Origin: an uncultured Oscillospiraceae bacterium
GTDB lineage: Bacteria > Bacillota > Clostridia > Oscillospirales > Oscillospiraceae
NCBI GenBank assembly: GCA_948670295.1
Contig: CAPOAR010000001.1
Coordinates: 16,069-80,068, forward strand
Length of the DNA: 64,000 bases
Reading direction: 5' to 3'
In this document: positions 28,101 through 36,135 of the stretch, piece after piece
Position numbering within the stretch: position 1 is the stretch's first letter
Layout of the letters: every line of letters begins with the position of its first letter
Program-made: the position numbers and the translations under genes
The notes under the pieces: generated by a model
The model's database searches: none
The model's input: the letters and a program-made list of their open reading frames with translations, nothing else
What the model was told of the DNA's origin: nothing

Positions 28101-29390
28101 ACCATCACTACCGATTCCAGCGGCCGGGTCCATCTGAACCTGGACGCCGGGGATTACTACGCTGTCGAGACTGAGGCCGGAGAGGGCTTCAAGATCGACA
28201 CCACGCCCCACTACTTCACCATCAAGGACGGCAAGACCACAACCCTCACCGTGACCAACGAGGCATTCAGCGGCATCATCATTCACAAGGTCAATTCCGT
28301 CACCAAGGACGGGATTTATGGAGTGAAATTCCTGGTTTACGACCAGAATAAGAACCCCATCGGCGAGTACACCACCGATGACCAGGGCTACATCTACATC
28401 GACGACCTCACCGTGAAGGGGAAGGGCAAGCTGTTCATCCGCGAGTTGGAGGCCGCCGAGGGCTACGAGCTGGACAAGCAGTACAAGACCGTCTACGTCC
28501 AGCCGGGCAAGACCATTGAGATCGAATGGGAGAACGTGCCCATCACCGGGCAGTTCCAGATCCGCAAGTACGCCGCTGAGTACAACGAGGTCACCGGCAC
28601 CGCCGCTGGCGCTCCCCTGAAGGGCGCGGTCTATGAGATCAGCGAGGCCCGCAGCGGGAAAGTGGTGGATTATATCACCACCGACGCCCGGGGCGTGGCG
28701 GCATCTAAGCCCCTACCCCTGGGCCGCTACAAGATCACTGAGGTGACCGCTCCTCCCTACTGGAAGCTCAGCGGCACCGTGTTTGATGAGACGCTGGAAT
28801 ATTCCGGCCAGATCATTAAGCTGTCCGACTACGACAAGCCCTCCAACCTGGGCGTCACCATCACCAAGCGGGGCAACGCTCAGGCCCTGGCGGGCAGCCA
28901 GATGCGCTACGACATCACCGTGGCGAACACCAGTAATGTGGCGCTCTCCGAATTCTACTGGCATGACCGCATCCCCACCGGCGCCACCCGGGCCACTGTT
29001 CTGACCACCGGCACCTATAGCGCCCGGCTCAACTACCGTGTGCTGTACAAGACCAACTACCGGAACGGCTATCAGGTGCTGGCGTCCAACCTGCTCACCA
29101 GCAGTAACTACTCCTTCAGCCTCAACGCCATCCCCACCCAGCCGGGCGAGTACGTTACCGACGTTTACTTCGACTTTGGCAAGGTCCCCGTGGGATTCCA
29201 GTCCACCACCAATCCGACCCTGACGGTCCAGGTACTGGGCTCCATCGCCAACAACTATCAGATTGTCAACCGGGCCGACGTGGGCGGCAAGTACCAGGGC
29301 ACCTGGCAGACCGCCCAGGCCACCTGGCTCACCATTGTGCGCAAGCTGACGCCCACCTACACCCCCACCCTGCCCAAAACGGGCTACTGA
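22122..29390 (+). CDS. Giant SpaA/CnaB-repeat adhesin with N-terminal thioester-like domain and terminal LPKTG
   Basis: Signal peptide and many KxD...PLxGxxF...ExxAPxGY...N isopeptide repeats. ALCAY, AQAMSWYY and MQRLL motifs. Ends LPKTGY*. Confidence 0.9.
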   Translation: MKHKFFQRALAMLLALVCVMGILPLSAFAAGGSAPSSITQRSSAYMTIGGRSVRYKAASSTINNVGLPYVFNEQVDVPGYGTTRALCAYQHGTLGPAANGQKWNFKSEVNSASLKVLLTYIYSYTYGDFEAAGDAVGLEHWNQYWSNIWFLVAQAMSWYYEHGIIKDVTSDREGFIEQASEEFVAAMRLYHQTYGQSSWITNWDAIGTHSIIDSTDGGATGVSAYDYVSTGVNLVLDHPEYFHDYHLWIYEWDSTQPWKLTGQSGTPMQRLLIAVPEERTEEEDTVQLTVKKLEAGTNKPLPGVTFKVENSADPAAFSVTRQTGSDGTFTLTAEADHLTAGQYLITEEAAPEGYVAQTASQLVTVLPNGSANSVFTFFNEPTTTTTTPGTGSIRKVNADNPTEGIPGAVIRITSVKLDDGGSFVSEYTTKDGGYILKEDLDFSQLPTGSYIAEEITPPEGFILSSDVSKVKQPFVWDGEHDISLIFENSAKVRVQLKKVDESNAPLPGAVFVILRDGQVIGTEETQPDGTITVSNVSEGYYEFREVSAPSGFDCDRSPVGVHVEAKDLQGEQTIVVTKMNHHKRSLTITKRNTETGDPVPGTSFHIRGVNLGYENDVVTGADGKVTISDMPSGCYEIEETDVPAPYILDTNNRKTVWIDAEKDQDVVVDFVNSTRPGLRLLKIDAQTGEPLSQVQFRIREVNGGYNELHFTNAEGLIVLEGLNPGAYTVQETKPKNGWVADDTVHTVYLEENKTTTLELKNLRKPDLYVKKVDSITGSPIKGVKFQIWRGSDDTQSGEYNDLGTFYTDEQGQIHLVRVNTGWYKIQELEPAPGYTIKEPAIQEIYMEAGKDHTVTFENTPKNAIVVEKYDSVTHQALPGCTFQLRYLGGASGTGGTVIGQKVTGNNGIAMWTGLNPGSYIVEEVDPADGYNIINASETVFLADDGEQSVVTVRFNNSPNGSLLIRKVCATNPSVTLQNAEFKVTYADGTLIGDSNGIFRSDENGEVLIDDLKPGSSVVVTEVRAPAGFLIDTQSVTVQIKEGRTMSVVMKNQPKGKLIIQKRDSQTNEVLPGAEFRVTTAAGCEVGLDGVIGTSSLTQNGIFTTDSQGEIRISNLVPGAYVINEIKAPGGGYVIDTPSTNVVIGQGGDTQTVVIKNTKKGQLIVEKYDKITKQPLAGAQFKIMTANGELTPDNEGLTSSNGLYTTDQNGQIVLSKLLPNTYVVSEERAPDNYRKDPTPQTVVVNAGDTQTVRFYDDPLCTLTILKRDAVTKKPLKGAEFLVRDSSGHVIGPNNGLYTTGTDGTVTVTGLAPNSTVVVSEKRAPTGYILDETPKNIVVRSGVANSLIFDNEPGTTLIIRKFVEGTENEPLSGVAFKVVDGAGAAVGPDDGVYYTDKAGEIVLEGIEPGTTVKVREIKTVEGYVLDGTPQDIKIKGGEVQQLTFWNKKAGTLVIEKKDSVSGAFISGAQFQLTYANGGYVDNINGHLSSNGLYTTNDKGQIRIEGIVGTVVAKEVKAAPGYVIDQSTQVQTVTVNPLDTQTLTFLNEPLCSLTITKLDSVTGKPVPNTSFAVKDGNGNVLARCTTGQDGTATVTGLVPNSTVVVVETKVPSGYVLNTTPQTIIVKNGSNTLTGSSGTVTTPGTNPGGSTVVNPGSNTGTSNGNDLTFENEPKQTLTIHKYIEGTKNEPLAGVTFKLVDGSGTPVGSSDGTFITDSKGEIVVEGLEPGTTITAQEVKTVDGFVLDGTPKSVKIKAGQGAPSLTFWNARAGELIIRKLDKATGKPLAGVEFELTYAGGGYVDNADGHLSSNGLYTTDAHGEIHISGVTGTIVVKETRTIDGYTIDPATQTQTVKVNPQDTQTLTFYNAPKQTLTIQKYVDGTTDPIQGVTFLVTDSSGQVLGPNNGEYITDRNGRIVITDLTPGTTITAKETKTVGGYVLDTTPQSILIKSGVAQTLTFFNKAEGGLELIKVSASDKSQRIPNVTFEIREMDGGLVDTITTDSSGRVHLNLDAGDYYAVETEAGEGFKIDTTPHYFTIKDGKTTTLTVTNEAFSGIIIHKVNSVTKDGIYGVKFLVYDQNKNPIGEYTTDDQGYIYIDDLTVKGKGKLFIRELEAAEGYELDKQYKTVYVQPGKTIEIEWENVPITGQFQIRKYAAEYNEVTGTAAGAPLKGAVYEISEARSGKVVDYITTDARGVAASKPLPLGRYKITEVTAPPYWKLSGTVFDETLEYSGQIIKLSDYDKPSNLGVTITKRGNAQALAGSQMRYDITVANTSNVALSEFYWHDRIPTGATRATVLTTGTYSARLNYRVLYKTNYRNGYQVLASNLLTSSNYSFSLNAIPTQPGEYVTDVYFDFGKVPVGFQSTTNPTLTVQVLGSIANNYQIVNRADVGGKYQGTWQTAQATWLTIVRKLTPTYTPTLPKTGY

Positions 29391-29393
29391 TTC

Positions 29394-29427
29394 AAAAAGC
29401 GGGACGGCTCCTCGGGGCCGTCCCGCT
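29394..29427. terminator. Intrinsic terminator between the convergent adhesin and GNAT genes
   Basis: AAAA-AGCGGGACGGCT loop GGCCGTCCCGCT. Confidence 0.75.
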
Positions 29428-29436
29428 GGTAGCAGG

Positions 29437-29967
29437 CTACAATTCGCACTCTAACTGACAGTCGAATGGCTCCGCGTCAACGTGCTGCTGACGATACTCT
29501 TTTGCCTCAACGCATCCCAGTGCCTGATAAAACGCCTGACTTTCAACTGCGGAATGAGCGGAAATATACAGCTTTTTTGCTCCTTTCCCTTTGGCCCATT
29601 CCTTCGCCATCTGGAACAGAGTCCTGCCGATTCCGGCACCTCTCATGTCCTCAGACACATGGATGCTGGTCAGATCAAGATACTGACGCTCCTCGCCGAA
29701 AAAGTCAGCCTCGACCGACACAAAGCCTTTCAGCAAATCATCCGCAAATGCGGCACACACTACGCCGCCTGCTTGAATGGTATGTTTCAGGCAGGAAATC
29801 AGCGTTTGATAGTCTGCCTCCGACCAATCATCAATAAAGGGAGCGTCTTTGATGACCCATTCCCCGTGATCCCTGCGCCAACACTTTTTAACCACCTGAT
29901 GCCGGTTAAAATGCCGGAACAGCTCCCGGCAGAGTTCATCAGTGTACAATGCACGGTACTGTATCAT
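29437..29967 (-). CDS. GNAT-family N-acetyltransferase
   Basis: IHVSEDMRGAGIGRTL acetyl-CoA motif A and AFYQALG. Confidence 0.9.
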   Translation of the reverse strand: MIQYRALYTDELCRELFRHFNRHQVVKKCWRRDHGEWVIKDAPFIDDWSEADYQTLISCLKHTIQAGGVVCAAFADDLLKGFVSVEADFFGEERQYLDLTSIHVSEDMRGAGIGRTLFQMAKEWAKGKGAKKLYISAHSAVESQAFYQALGCVEAKEYRQQHVDAEPFDCQLECEL

Positions 29968-29978
29968 TCAAATCATCC

Positions 29979-30509
29979 TTAATAACTGCTGGTATCTGTT
30001 CTGGATTCCATCTGGCATTTTACAAAACTGACCAGTTTCTCGTTGAACTCGCCGTTGCCGCTCAATGCCCCAAATACCCGACTCACCTGCTCCTGCGGCG
30101 CTTCGCCCTCTTTGGCAAGCAGATGGACGGACATGAGAAAGGTGGTAGTCCGTCCGCCCTCCCGGCGGGCCCACACGTTTCCGGTCAAACCGTTTTCATC
30201 ATCGGCGCTTTGGCCGTATTCCACGATAATATCCACGATCATCCGGCTGTCGATTTGCAGCGCCGTGGCGGGCAAGCGGAAGGAAAACGTGTTGAGCATG
30301 GAGATCTCCGTCTCCACCAGGTTGGGGAACCGGGGCGCTTCCGCCCGCTCCTCCCGAACCAGCTCCGCCATGCGCTGGGCAAATTCTTTCTGTTCTTCTT
30401 CATTCGCGGGGCGGACTTCATATTTCCCACAGTCGGGGCACTGCTCCGTTTCCTCGCTACGGCTGAAAATGAAACCGCAGTTATCGCAAGCAAATATCAT
30501 TTTGATCAC
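29979..30509 (-). CDS. Hypothetical protein with N-terminal zinc ribbon
   Basis: CDNC...CPDC. Confidence 0.7.
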   Translation of the reverse strand: MIKMIFACDNCGFIFSRSEETEQCPDCGKYEVRPANEEEQKEFAQRMAELVREERAEAPRFPNLVETEISMLNTFSFRLPATALQIDSRMIVDIIVEYGQSADDENGLTGNVWARREGGRTTTFLMSVHLLAKEGEAPQEQVSRVFGALSGNGEFNEKLVSFVKCQMESRTDTSSY

Positions 30510-30560
30510 CGCCCTACATTATAGCAGGGGCGGTCATCCTTTACAAGGAGGCGTTTTCCC

Positions 30561-30737
30561 ATAGAACCCACATACCCCGCCCTGGACCGCGCCGCGTTTC
30601 TCATTGAACACGCCTGTGTGCCCCGGGCCTACCCCATTTACTGCGCCGAGGCCGCCCAGCTGCTGGCCATGCTGGATGCGGCCCAGCGTCAGAGTTCCAC
30701 CCAAACCGCGAATGAGGTGATGCAAGATGAACATTGA
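30561..30737 (+). CDS. Small hypothetical protein with probable ATA start (not in the ORF track)
   Basis: AAGGAGG RBS, then ATA GAA CCC... open to TGA 30735-30737. Overlaps the HD-GYP start. Confidence 0.4.
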   Translation: MEPTYPALDRAAFLIEHACVPRAYPIYCAEAAQLLAMLDAAQRQSSTQTANEVMQDEH

Positions 30738-31335
30738 AACAACCCTGGCCGTTTTGCACCGGGAGGGCGTTTTGCAGGATCACACTCCTCACAGCGCCCA
30801 GTTCCGGGACCTGACCGCCTGCCTGCTGGGCGCGTTTTCCGCCGCCGGCGCTATCCCCACGCTGTCCGCCGCCGACGCCCGATTCTACGCCGCCCTGTCC
30901 CCGCTCCATGACATCGGGAAGCGGGCTATCCCCCCGGAGCTTCTGAACAAACCTGGTCCACTGACCTGGGAGGAGTTTGAGGTGATGAAATCCCACACCA
31001 CCCAGGGCTGTGAGCTCCTGGAGCGGATTCCGGCCCTCAAACACAGCGAAGCCTTCCCTCTGATCTGCGACGTATGCCGCCACCACCATGAGCGGTGGGA
31101 CGGCAGCGGCTACCCCGACCAGCTGGCCGGGCGGGACATTGCCCCCTGGGTGCAGGTGGTGGGGCTGGCGGACGCCTTTGACGCGCTGATCCATCCCCGG
31201 GTCTACAAACCCGCTTACTCGCTGGGGCAGGCTGTCCGCATGATTGAGGGCGGCGCGTGCGGGACTTTTGACCCGGTCATGTTGGTGTGCTTTCAGCAGA
31301 ACATCAGCCATATTTGCCATGCCGTCTATGCCTGA
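30727..31335 (+). CDS. Stand-alone HD-GYP domain protein (cyclic dinucleotide phosphodiesterase family)
   Basis: LHDIGK, KPGPLT, HHHERWDGSGYP, ADAFDAL and RVYK. Confidence 0.9.
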   Translation: MNIETTLAVLHREGVLQDHTPHSAQFRDLTACLLGAFSAAGAIPTLSAADARFYAALSPLHDIGKRAIPPELLNKPGPLTWEEFEVMKSHTTQGCELLERIPALKHSEAFPLICDVCRHHHERWDGSGYPDQLAGRDIAPWVQVVGLADAFDALIHPRVYKPAYSLGQAVRMIEGGACGTFDPVMLVCFQQNISHICHAVYA

Positions 31336-32680
31336 GCGGGAGAAAAGCGGTCTGGAACAGGCCGCCAGCGCCGCCCATACCGTACACGGCGCTGTTAAAA
31401 CCGGCAAGGCCATTGCCTCCGCTGCCAAAGGCGCGGCGGTGGGCGGGCCCTATGGAGCGGCGGCAGGTCTGGCATTGGCAGCGGGAAAACACGGAAAAAA
31501 GCTTCTGGTGGCCGCGGTTGTCATCCTTCTTCTGCCCGTGCTGTTTGTCCTCATGCTCCCAGGACTGATTTTCGGCGGGCTCACCAGCAGCGGCGCGCCC
31601 GGCCAGCCTGTCCTCAACGATGGCGACGCCATCACCGCACAGATGGACAGCATCGCCGCCGCCATTGATGAGATTCTGGCCGAGGGTGTGGAGGACGCCA
31701 AAGCCCGGGCCGCCCAGGACTTTGCAACAACGGGCGGGGACAACTACGAGGTCGTCCAGCCCTTCACCGTGTCCAGCAACACCAATTCCTTCATCGGCCA
31801 ATACTGCGCCGCGAAGGAGGAGAGCTGGTCCGATATATCCCTGGATGATATGAAACGTATTTTGCGGACCGGAAAAAGCAGCCTCTATTCCTTCACTCGA
31901 GCCAGCGAAACCCGGACGGTGGAAGCGGACGACCCAGACACCCCGGACGTGGTGGAGACCAAACAGGAGACCTGGTACGTCTACACCCTGGTCTACAATG
32001 GCGAAGCCTATTTTGCCGACCAGGTGTTCCGCCTGACGGACGATCAGAAAGCGCTGGCCGGGGACTACGCCCAGAACCTCAGCCTGTTCCTGAGCGACGG
32101 CTCAATTCAGCACACCGAGTACACCGGCGGCACCATCGCCTCCCTGGGGGACGTGCGCTTTACGGACGGCGTGACCGAGGTGGTCTACTTCAACCAGCTG
32201 GATCAACGGTATGCCAACCAGCCCTTCGGCACGGACAACATCGGGGGCTACGGCTGCGGCCCCACCTCCATGGCCATTGTGGTGTCCTCCCTGACCGATG
32301 AGATCGTGGACCCCATCGCCATGGCCAAGTGGGCCTATGAAAACGGCGGCTGGTGCAAAGGGCAGGGCTCCTACCATTCGCTGATCCCCAATGCGGCCAA
32401 GGCGTGGGGCCTGAACGTGGAGGGTTGTAAGGCCAGCGAGCCCCAGCGCATCCTGGACGCGCTGAGCCAGGGAAAGCTGGTAGTGGCAATTATGGGCAAG
32501 GGGCATTTTACCACCACCGGCCACTTTATTGTCCTCCGAGGTGTGCAGGACGGGAAGATCCTGGTGGCCGACCCGGCCAGCACCTCCCGGAGCCAAAAGA
32601 CGTGGGATCTGTCCATTATCCTCAACGAAGCCGGGAAACGGGCCGGGGCGGGAGGCCCGTTTTGGATCGTTGGGGCCTAA
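31328..32680 (+). CDS. Membrane-anchored C39-like peptidase; probable conjugation cell-wall hydrolase (VirB1 analogue)
   Basis: N-terminal TM. C-terminal YFNQ...GCGPTSMA...GHFIVL...VADP. Confidence 0.8.
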   Translation: MPEREKSGLEQAASAAHTVHGAVKTGKAIASAAKGAAVGGPYGAAAGLALAAGKHGKKLLVAAVVILLLPVLFVLMLPGLIFGGLTSSGAPGQPVLNDGDAITAQMDSIAAAIDEILAEGVEDAKARAAQDFATTGGDNYEVVQPFTVSSNTNSFIGQYCAAKEESWSDISLDDMKRILRTGKSSLYSFTRASETRTVEADDPDTPDVVETKQETWYVYTLVYNGEAYFADQVFRLTDDQKALAGDYAQNLSLFLSDGSIQHTEYTGGTIASLGDVRFTDGVTEVVYFNQLDQRYANQPFGTDNIGGYGCGPTSMAIVVSSLTDEIVDPIAMAKWAYENGGWCKGQGSYHSLIPNAAKAWGLNVEGCKASEPQRILDALSQGKLVVAIMGKGHFTTTGHFIVLRGVQDGKILVADPASTSRSQKTWDLSIILNEAGKRAGAGGPFWIVGA

Positions 32681-32736
32681 CACCCGTTCACCTTGGAAAA
32701 TAAATAGGCATTCCCTTGGCATAGTAACTGTAACAA

Positions 32737-32770
32737 GCGGCACCCCTCAGCTTTCTGTGGGGGTGCCGCT
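32737..32770. terminator. Hairpin between convergent genes
   Basis: AGCGGCACCCC...GGGGTGCCGCT. Confidence 0.55.
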
Positions 32771-32776
32771 CACCGC

Positions 32777-33730
32777 CTATTGATTCTTCATGACATCCTG
32801 CCAGTTGGAATTGTGTAATATCTCAGCGTCCCCGCCAAGAAAAACCGTCCCGGCTTCCACATCTCCCTTCAGCTGATACAACATCCAAGCTGTCAGGTAC
32901 CCATCGCTTCTTGCCAGCATATCTCCGTGCTCCGCACCTGCCGCCCTGCCACGAACCTTGAACACAGTGTCATTGATCGAGTCGTAATTTTCAATCAGAG
33001 AGGACAGTGGCGCGACGCCTGCGTATTCCTCATTTGGATCTGCCACGCCGGCGTCGTCAGATGTGCCGGTCCCCGCCGCCATAAAATATGGGATGCCTAC
33101 CTTTGATATATCATAGAACCAGCCCAAATTTCGGGCCAGGAGAGGGTAGGCCGCGCTGCCTGTGAACATGGCCTTGTACACTGCGCCATTTTCATACTCC
33201 GTCACCGCCGCCAGAGCTCCCGCGCCGCCCTGGGAAAAGCCGACGATACCGATATTGTCCTCGTCCAGCTTGCCGCAAAGCACATTACCGCTGGATAAGC
33301 TCAATAGAAAATCCAGCATGATCGATGTTGTCTCACCTGTCCCAGCCTGGGGGTCCTCATTGCCCACAACCACAAAGCCCCAGGACGCCAGGCGCTTGAA
33401 CCAGCCCTCATAGTTTGACGCTGGTGTTCCGCTGGCATTGACCGCCATAATGACCGGGCATTTTTCCTCCGATGCCTCCAGCCCGGCGGGATACCAGACC
33501 CGTATCCTTTGAATGGACCTGTTGTCCGAGGCAAATTCTGTGTAGGATACCACACAGGGGCCCAGTTGAGAATACTTTTGCTCCAAAGGAAAGGCAGAAG
33601 AAAACGCCGTATAATAATCGTCCTTGATAGATGCCTTCCGGGCCTCGATCCAAATCTTGACCAGCAGCAGGACGATCAATACCATGACGACCAGCAGGCA
33701 AATGCCCAAAACCTTCCATATCTTTTTCAT
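32777..33730 (-). CDS. Alpha/beta hydrolase (chlorophyllase/cutinase-like), N-terminal membrane anchor
   Basis: RLASWGFVVV, GFSQGG nucleophile elbow and GAEHG. Confidence 0.8.
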   Translation of the reverse strand: MKKIWKVLGICLLVVMVLIVLLLVKIWIEARKASIKDDYYTAFSSAFPLEQKYSQLGPCVVSYTEFASDNRSIQRIRVWYPAGLEASEEKCPVIMAVNASGTPASNYEGWFKRLASWGFVVVGNEDPQAGTGETTSIMLDFLLSLSSGNVLCGKLDEDNIGIVGFSQGGAGALAAVTEYENGAVYKAMFTGSAAYPLLARNLGWFYDISKVGIPYFMAAGTGTSDDAGVADPNEEYAGVAPLSSLIENYDSINDTVFKVRGRAAGAEHGDMLARSDGYLTAWMLYQLKGDVEAGTVFLGGDAEILHNSNWQDVMKNQ

Positions 33731-33743
33731 CCCTGATACCCCT

Positions 33744-34784
33744 TTACTTCTGCTCCTCCCGGATAAAACGGAGCATCGCCTCAAAGCAGTCCTGGGACTC
33801 CCTGCTTTCGGTGTTGGAGAGGAATCCGTGCTTCGTCAAGCCGTATGTAGCCTCATCAGTGTAAAAATATTCGTGCTCCACTCCGTGCCCGGCCAGCCGG
33901 TCCGCAAAGTGCTGCATGATCTCGGGGAAGCCGTCATCCGTTCCCGCTGTCAGGAAGCTCCTCGGATAGTTCGGGGTGATGTACCGCGTGGCGCTGAAAC
34001 GGTCCGCCTCTGCTTTGTCCCAAAGGAAAACGCTGTCCTGCAAGTATGCGCCGGCCAATATTTTAATAGGCAGTCCCTCCAAAAGCTCCACCTCAAGGGG
34101 GGCGTCATCTATCACCGCAGCCCGTATGTCCGACACCTGCAACCGGGGCTCCTTGGTGAACGCAAACAGGGCTCTATATTCCCCATTGGACAAAACTGCC
34201 GCGTATTGGGCGGCCAGCTCCGCGCCTGCGGACTGGCCGAACAGGACCACGTCTTCCATATCCAGCCCCAGCTCAGCCCCATGCTCTACGAGATAATTGA
34301 CCGCCTCGCTGATCTGGATCAGCGGGTCCGGGAAATGGTAGTCCGGCATGAGCACATAGTTCACATTGACGAAATTGAACCCCGCCTGGATCATTTTGTC
34401 GAACAAGGCGGTGGAGTCGTCCCGCTCAGCCATAGGGTCCCCCAGGACCTTATCCCCGGCGAAGAATCCACCGCCGTGGAAGTATATCACGGTCGTTCGT
34501 TTGACCGACGTATCGCTGCTGGGATAGGAAATGTCCAGATAGCTGTTGGGGTAGGTCTCTCCGTATTTGATGTCGTTCACGTAGAGTATGCCGTTGCTTC
34601 TAACGGCTTGGCCGGGTTCGCGCCTCGGCGAGGACGGATTGATGTCGGATTTGTCCTGGTATATCAGGCTCTGGAGCGCATCGGTCACGATAGAGGGCCG
34701 GAGCAGGACTGCGCCAAACAGGATCGCGGCTAGCAAAACGATTCCGGCCAGGATGATGCCAATAGCTTTCATAATTATTTTCAT
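33744..34784 (-). CDS. Alpha/beta hydrolase (HSL-family esterase/lipase), N-terminal membrane anchor
   Basis: FHGGGF, GQSAG, GTDD and HGF motifs. Confidence 0.88.
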   Translation of the reverse strand: MKIIMKAIGIILAGIVLLAAILFGAVLLRPSIVTDALQSLIYQDKSDINPSSPRREPGQAVRSNGILYVNDIKYGETYPNSYLDISYPSSDTSVKRTTVIYFHGGGFFAGDKVLGDPMAERDDSTALFDKMIQAGFNFVNVNYVLMPDYHFPDPLIQISEAVNYLVEHGAELGLDMEDVVLFGQSAGAELAAQYAAVLSNGEYRALFAFTKEPRLQVSDIRAAVIDDAPLEVELLEGLPIKILAGAYLQDSVFLWDKAEADRFSATRYITPNYPRSFLTAGTDDGFPEIMQHFADRLAGHGVEHEYFYTDEATYGLTKHGFLSNTESRESQDCFEAMLRFIREEQK

Positions 34785-34888
34785 AGGCTCCTCCTTGACA
34801 AATGGATGGTGCAAGAGTAGCATAGGCTTCGGGATGAATCAAGTGTTTCAGCAAAAATGATACATCGGGAAGGGGTTTGTATCATCAG

Positions 34889-35392
34889 ATGAATAACGAG
34901 CAAAAGAACACCTATGTGAAGCAGCAGCTTACGCGGGCCCTGCTGGAGCTGTTGCAAAAAAAGACACTGGCCGAAATTTCGGTCAGTGAACTGACGGAAC
35001 GGGCGGGCGTTGGCCGTGTGTCCTTTTACCGCAATTGCCACACAAAGGAGAACATTTTGAAGGAAGAGTCGGACAGGCTCATCGAGCAATGGGGAAGGCT
35101 GTATGAAAGCGACCCTGCATCCACCCCGGAAACGCTGTTCCCATCACTGTTCGACTTCTACAGGGCGAACGGCTCATTTTATACCGCGCTCTACCAGGCC
35201 GGGCTGTCCGGCATCATGCTGGAGACGATCGTGAGCACCATACAGGTCACGGCGGAGATGGACAATCTGGAGGCTTACATGAAGTCTTTTTGGGCTTATG
35301 GCATCTATGGCTGGCTGAATGAGTGGATCAAACGTGGTATGCAGGAAAGCGGGGAGGAGATCAGCAGGCTGTTCGCAATCGCCAGGCAATGA
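34889..35392 (+). CDS. TetR/AcrR-family regulator
   Basis: ISVSELTERAGVGRVSFYRN HTH. Divergent from the hydrolase pair. Confidence 0.9.
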   Translation: MNNEQKNTYVKQQLTRALLELLQKKTLAEISVSELTERAGVGRVSFYRNCHTKENILKEESDRLIEQWGRLYESDPASTPETLFPSLFDFYRANGSFYTALYQAGLSGIMLETIVSTIQVTAEMDNLEAYMKSFWAYGIYGWLNEWIKRGMQESGEEISRLFAIARQ

Positions 35393-35459
35393 GTAATTCC
35401 CAAAGCAAGCTGAATAGACAAAGGGCACGGATCGGGTCATTCCCATCCGTGCCCTGAAC

Positions 35460-35771
35460 CTATGTAGGCAGATTTTTTGCGTTGTTCTGCCGGCAGTCCA
35501 ACACCGTATCCAGATAAACAGTATCGCCCTCAATCGCAAACAGGGCTTTATAACGTTTGCAGAAGAGCGCTTTCCGATACTGACCTGGAGGCAGTTCGTA
35601 GTCAGTTTCGACAGGGAACTGGAACGGATTATCCTCCAGCGCATCCAATACCTTTTCAAAATCCTTTATCAGTCCCTTGGCCGCGGGAACGCTCACGTTC
35701 GCAAGAAAACGGGTATGCCGCACCAGCATGGTATCCGCACGCCGGGACACGATAACAGCGTACCTACCCAA
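35460..35771 (-). CDS. RelE/ParE-family toxin
   Basis: YAVIVSRRAD...LEDNP...YRK...YKALF...VLDCRQ. TTG start overlaps the antitoxin stop. Confidence 0.8.
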   Translation of the reverse strand: MGRYAVIVSRRADTMLVRHTRFLANVSVPAAKGLIKDFEKVLDALEDNPFQFPVETDYELPPGQYRKALFCKRYKALFAIEGDTVYLDTVLDCRQNNAKNLPT

Positions 35772-36057
35772 CGGCCTCGGCCTCCCCGATGGCGCGTTCC
35801 ATATCGGCCAGTACCTCGCGGGCGTTCCGGCCCTGATAGCCGTTTCGGCGGTCTGCCTGAGCTTCCAGCAATTCGTCGTATACCGCATTACGGGGATGGA
35901 GGGAGAGGGTAAGGGGAACGGCCTGGTCCCGCACGATTTGTTTTAGGAACATGGTAAACGCGCCGCTCATGGTCAAGCCCAGTTCAGACAGGATTTCTTC
36001 CGCCTGGGATTTCAGAGCAGAATCCATGCGCATGCTGAAATTGGTATCGCCTGGCAT
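35764..36057 (-). CDS. RelB/DinJ-family antitoxin
   Basis: SMRMDSALKSQAEEILSELGLTMSGAFTMFLKQIV...VP. Confidence 0.88.
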   Translation of the reverse strand: MPGDTNFSMRMDSALKSQAEEILSELGLTMSGAFTMFLKQIVRDQAVPLTLSLHPRNAVYDELLEAQADRRNGYQGRNAREVLADMERAIGEAEAVG

Positions 36058-36135
36058 AAAAATCACCCATCCTTTCCCCATAATTGTACAACATAGTATG
36101 TGCAATGTCAATGCAATTAGTTAGGAGATATTTAT

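Noticed and set aside
22050..28286. 2078-aa minus-strand ORF (also 17247-20324, 40973-43615, 10086-12176 and similar)
   Set aside because: Antisense shadows of GC-rich plus-strand genes that carry clear motifs. They have no RBS or domain signature.
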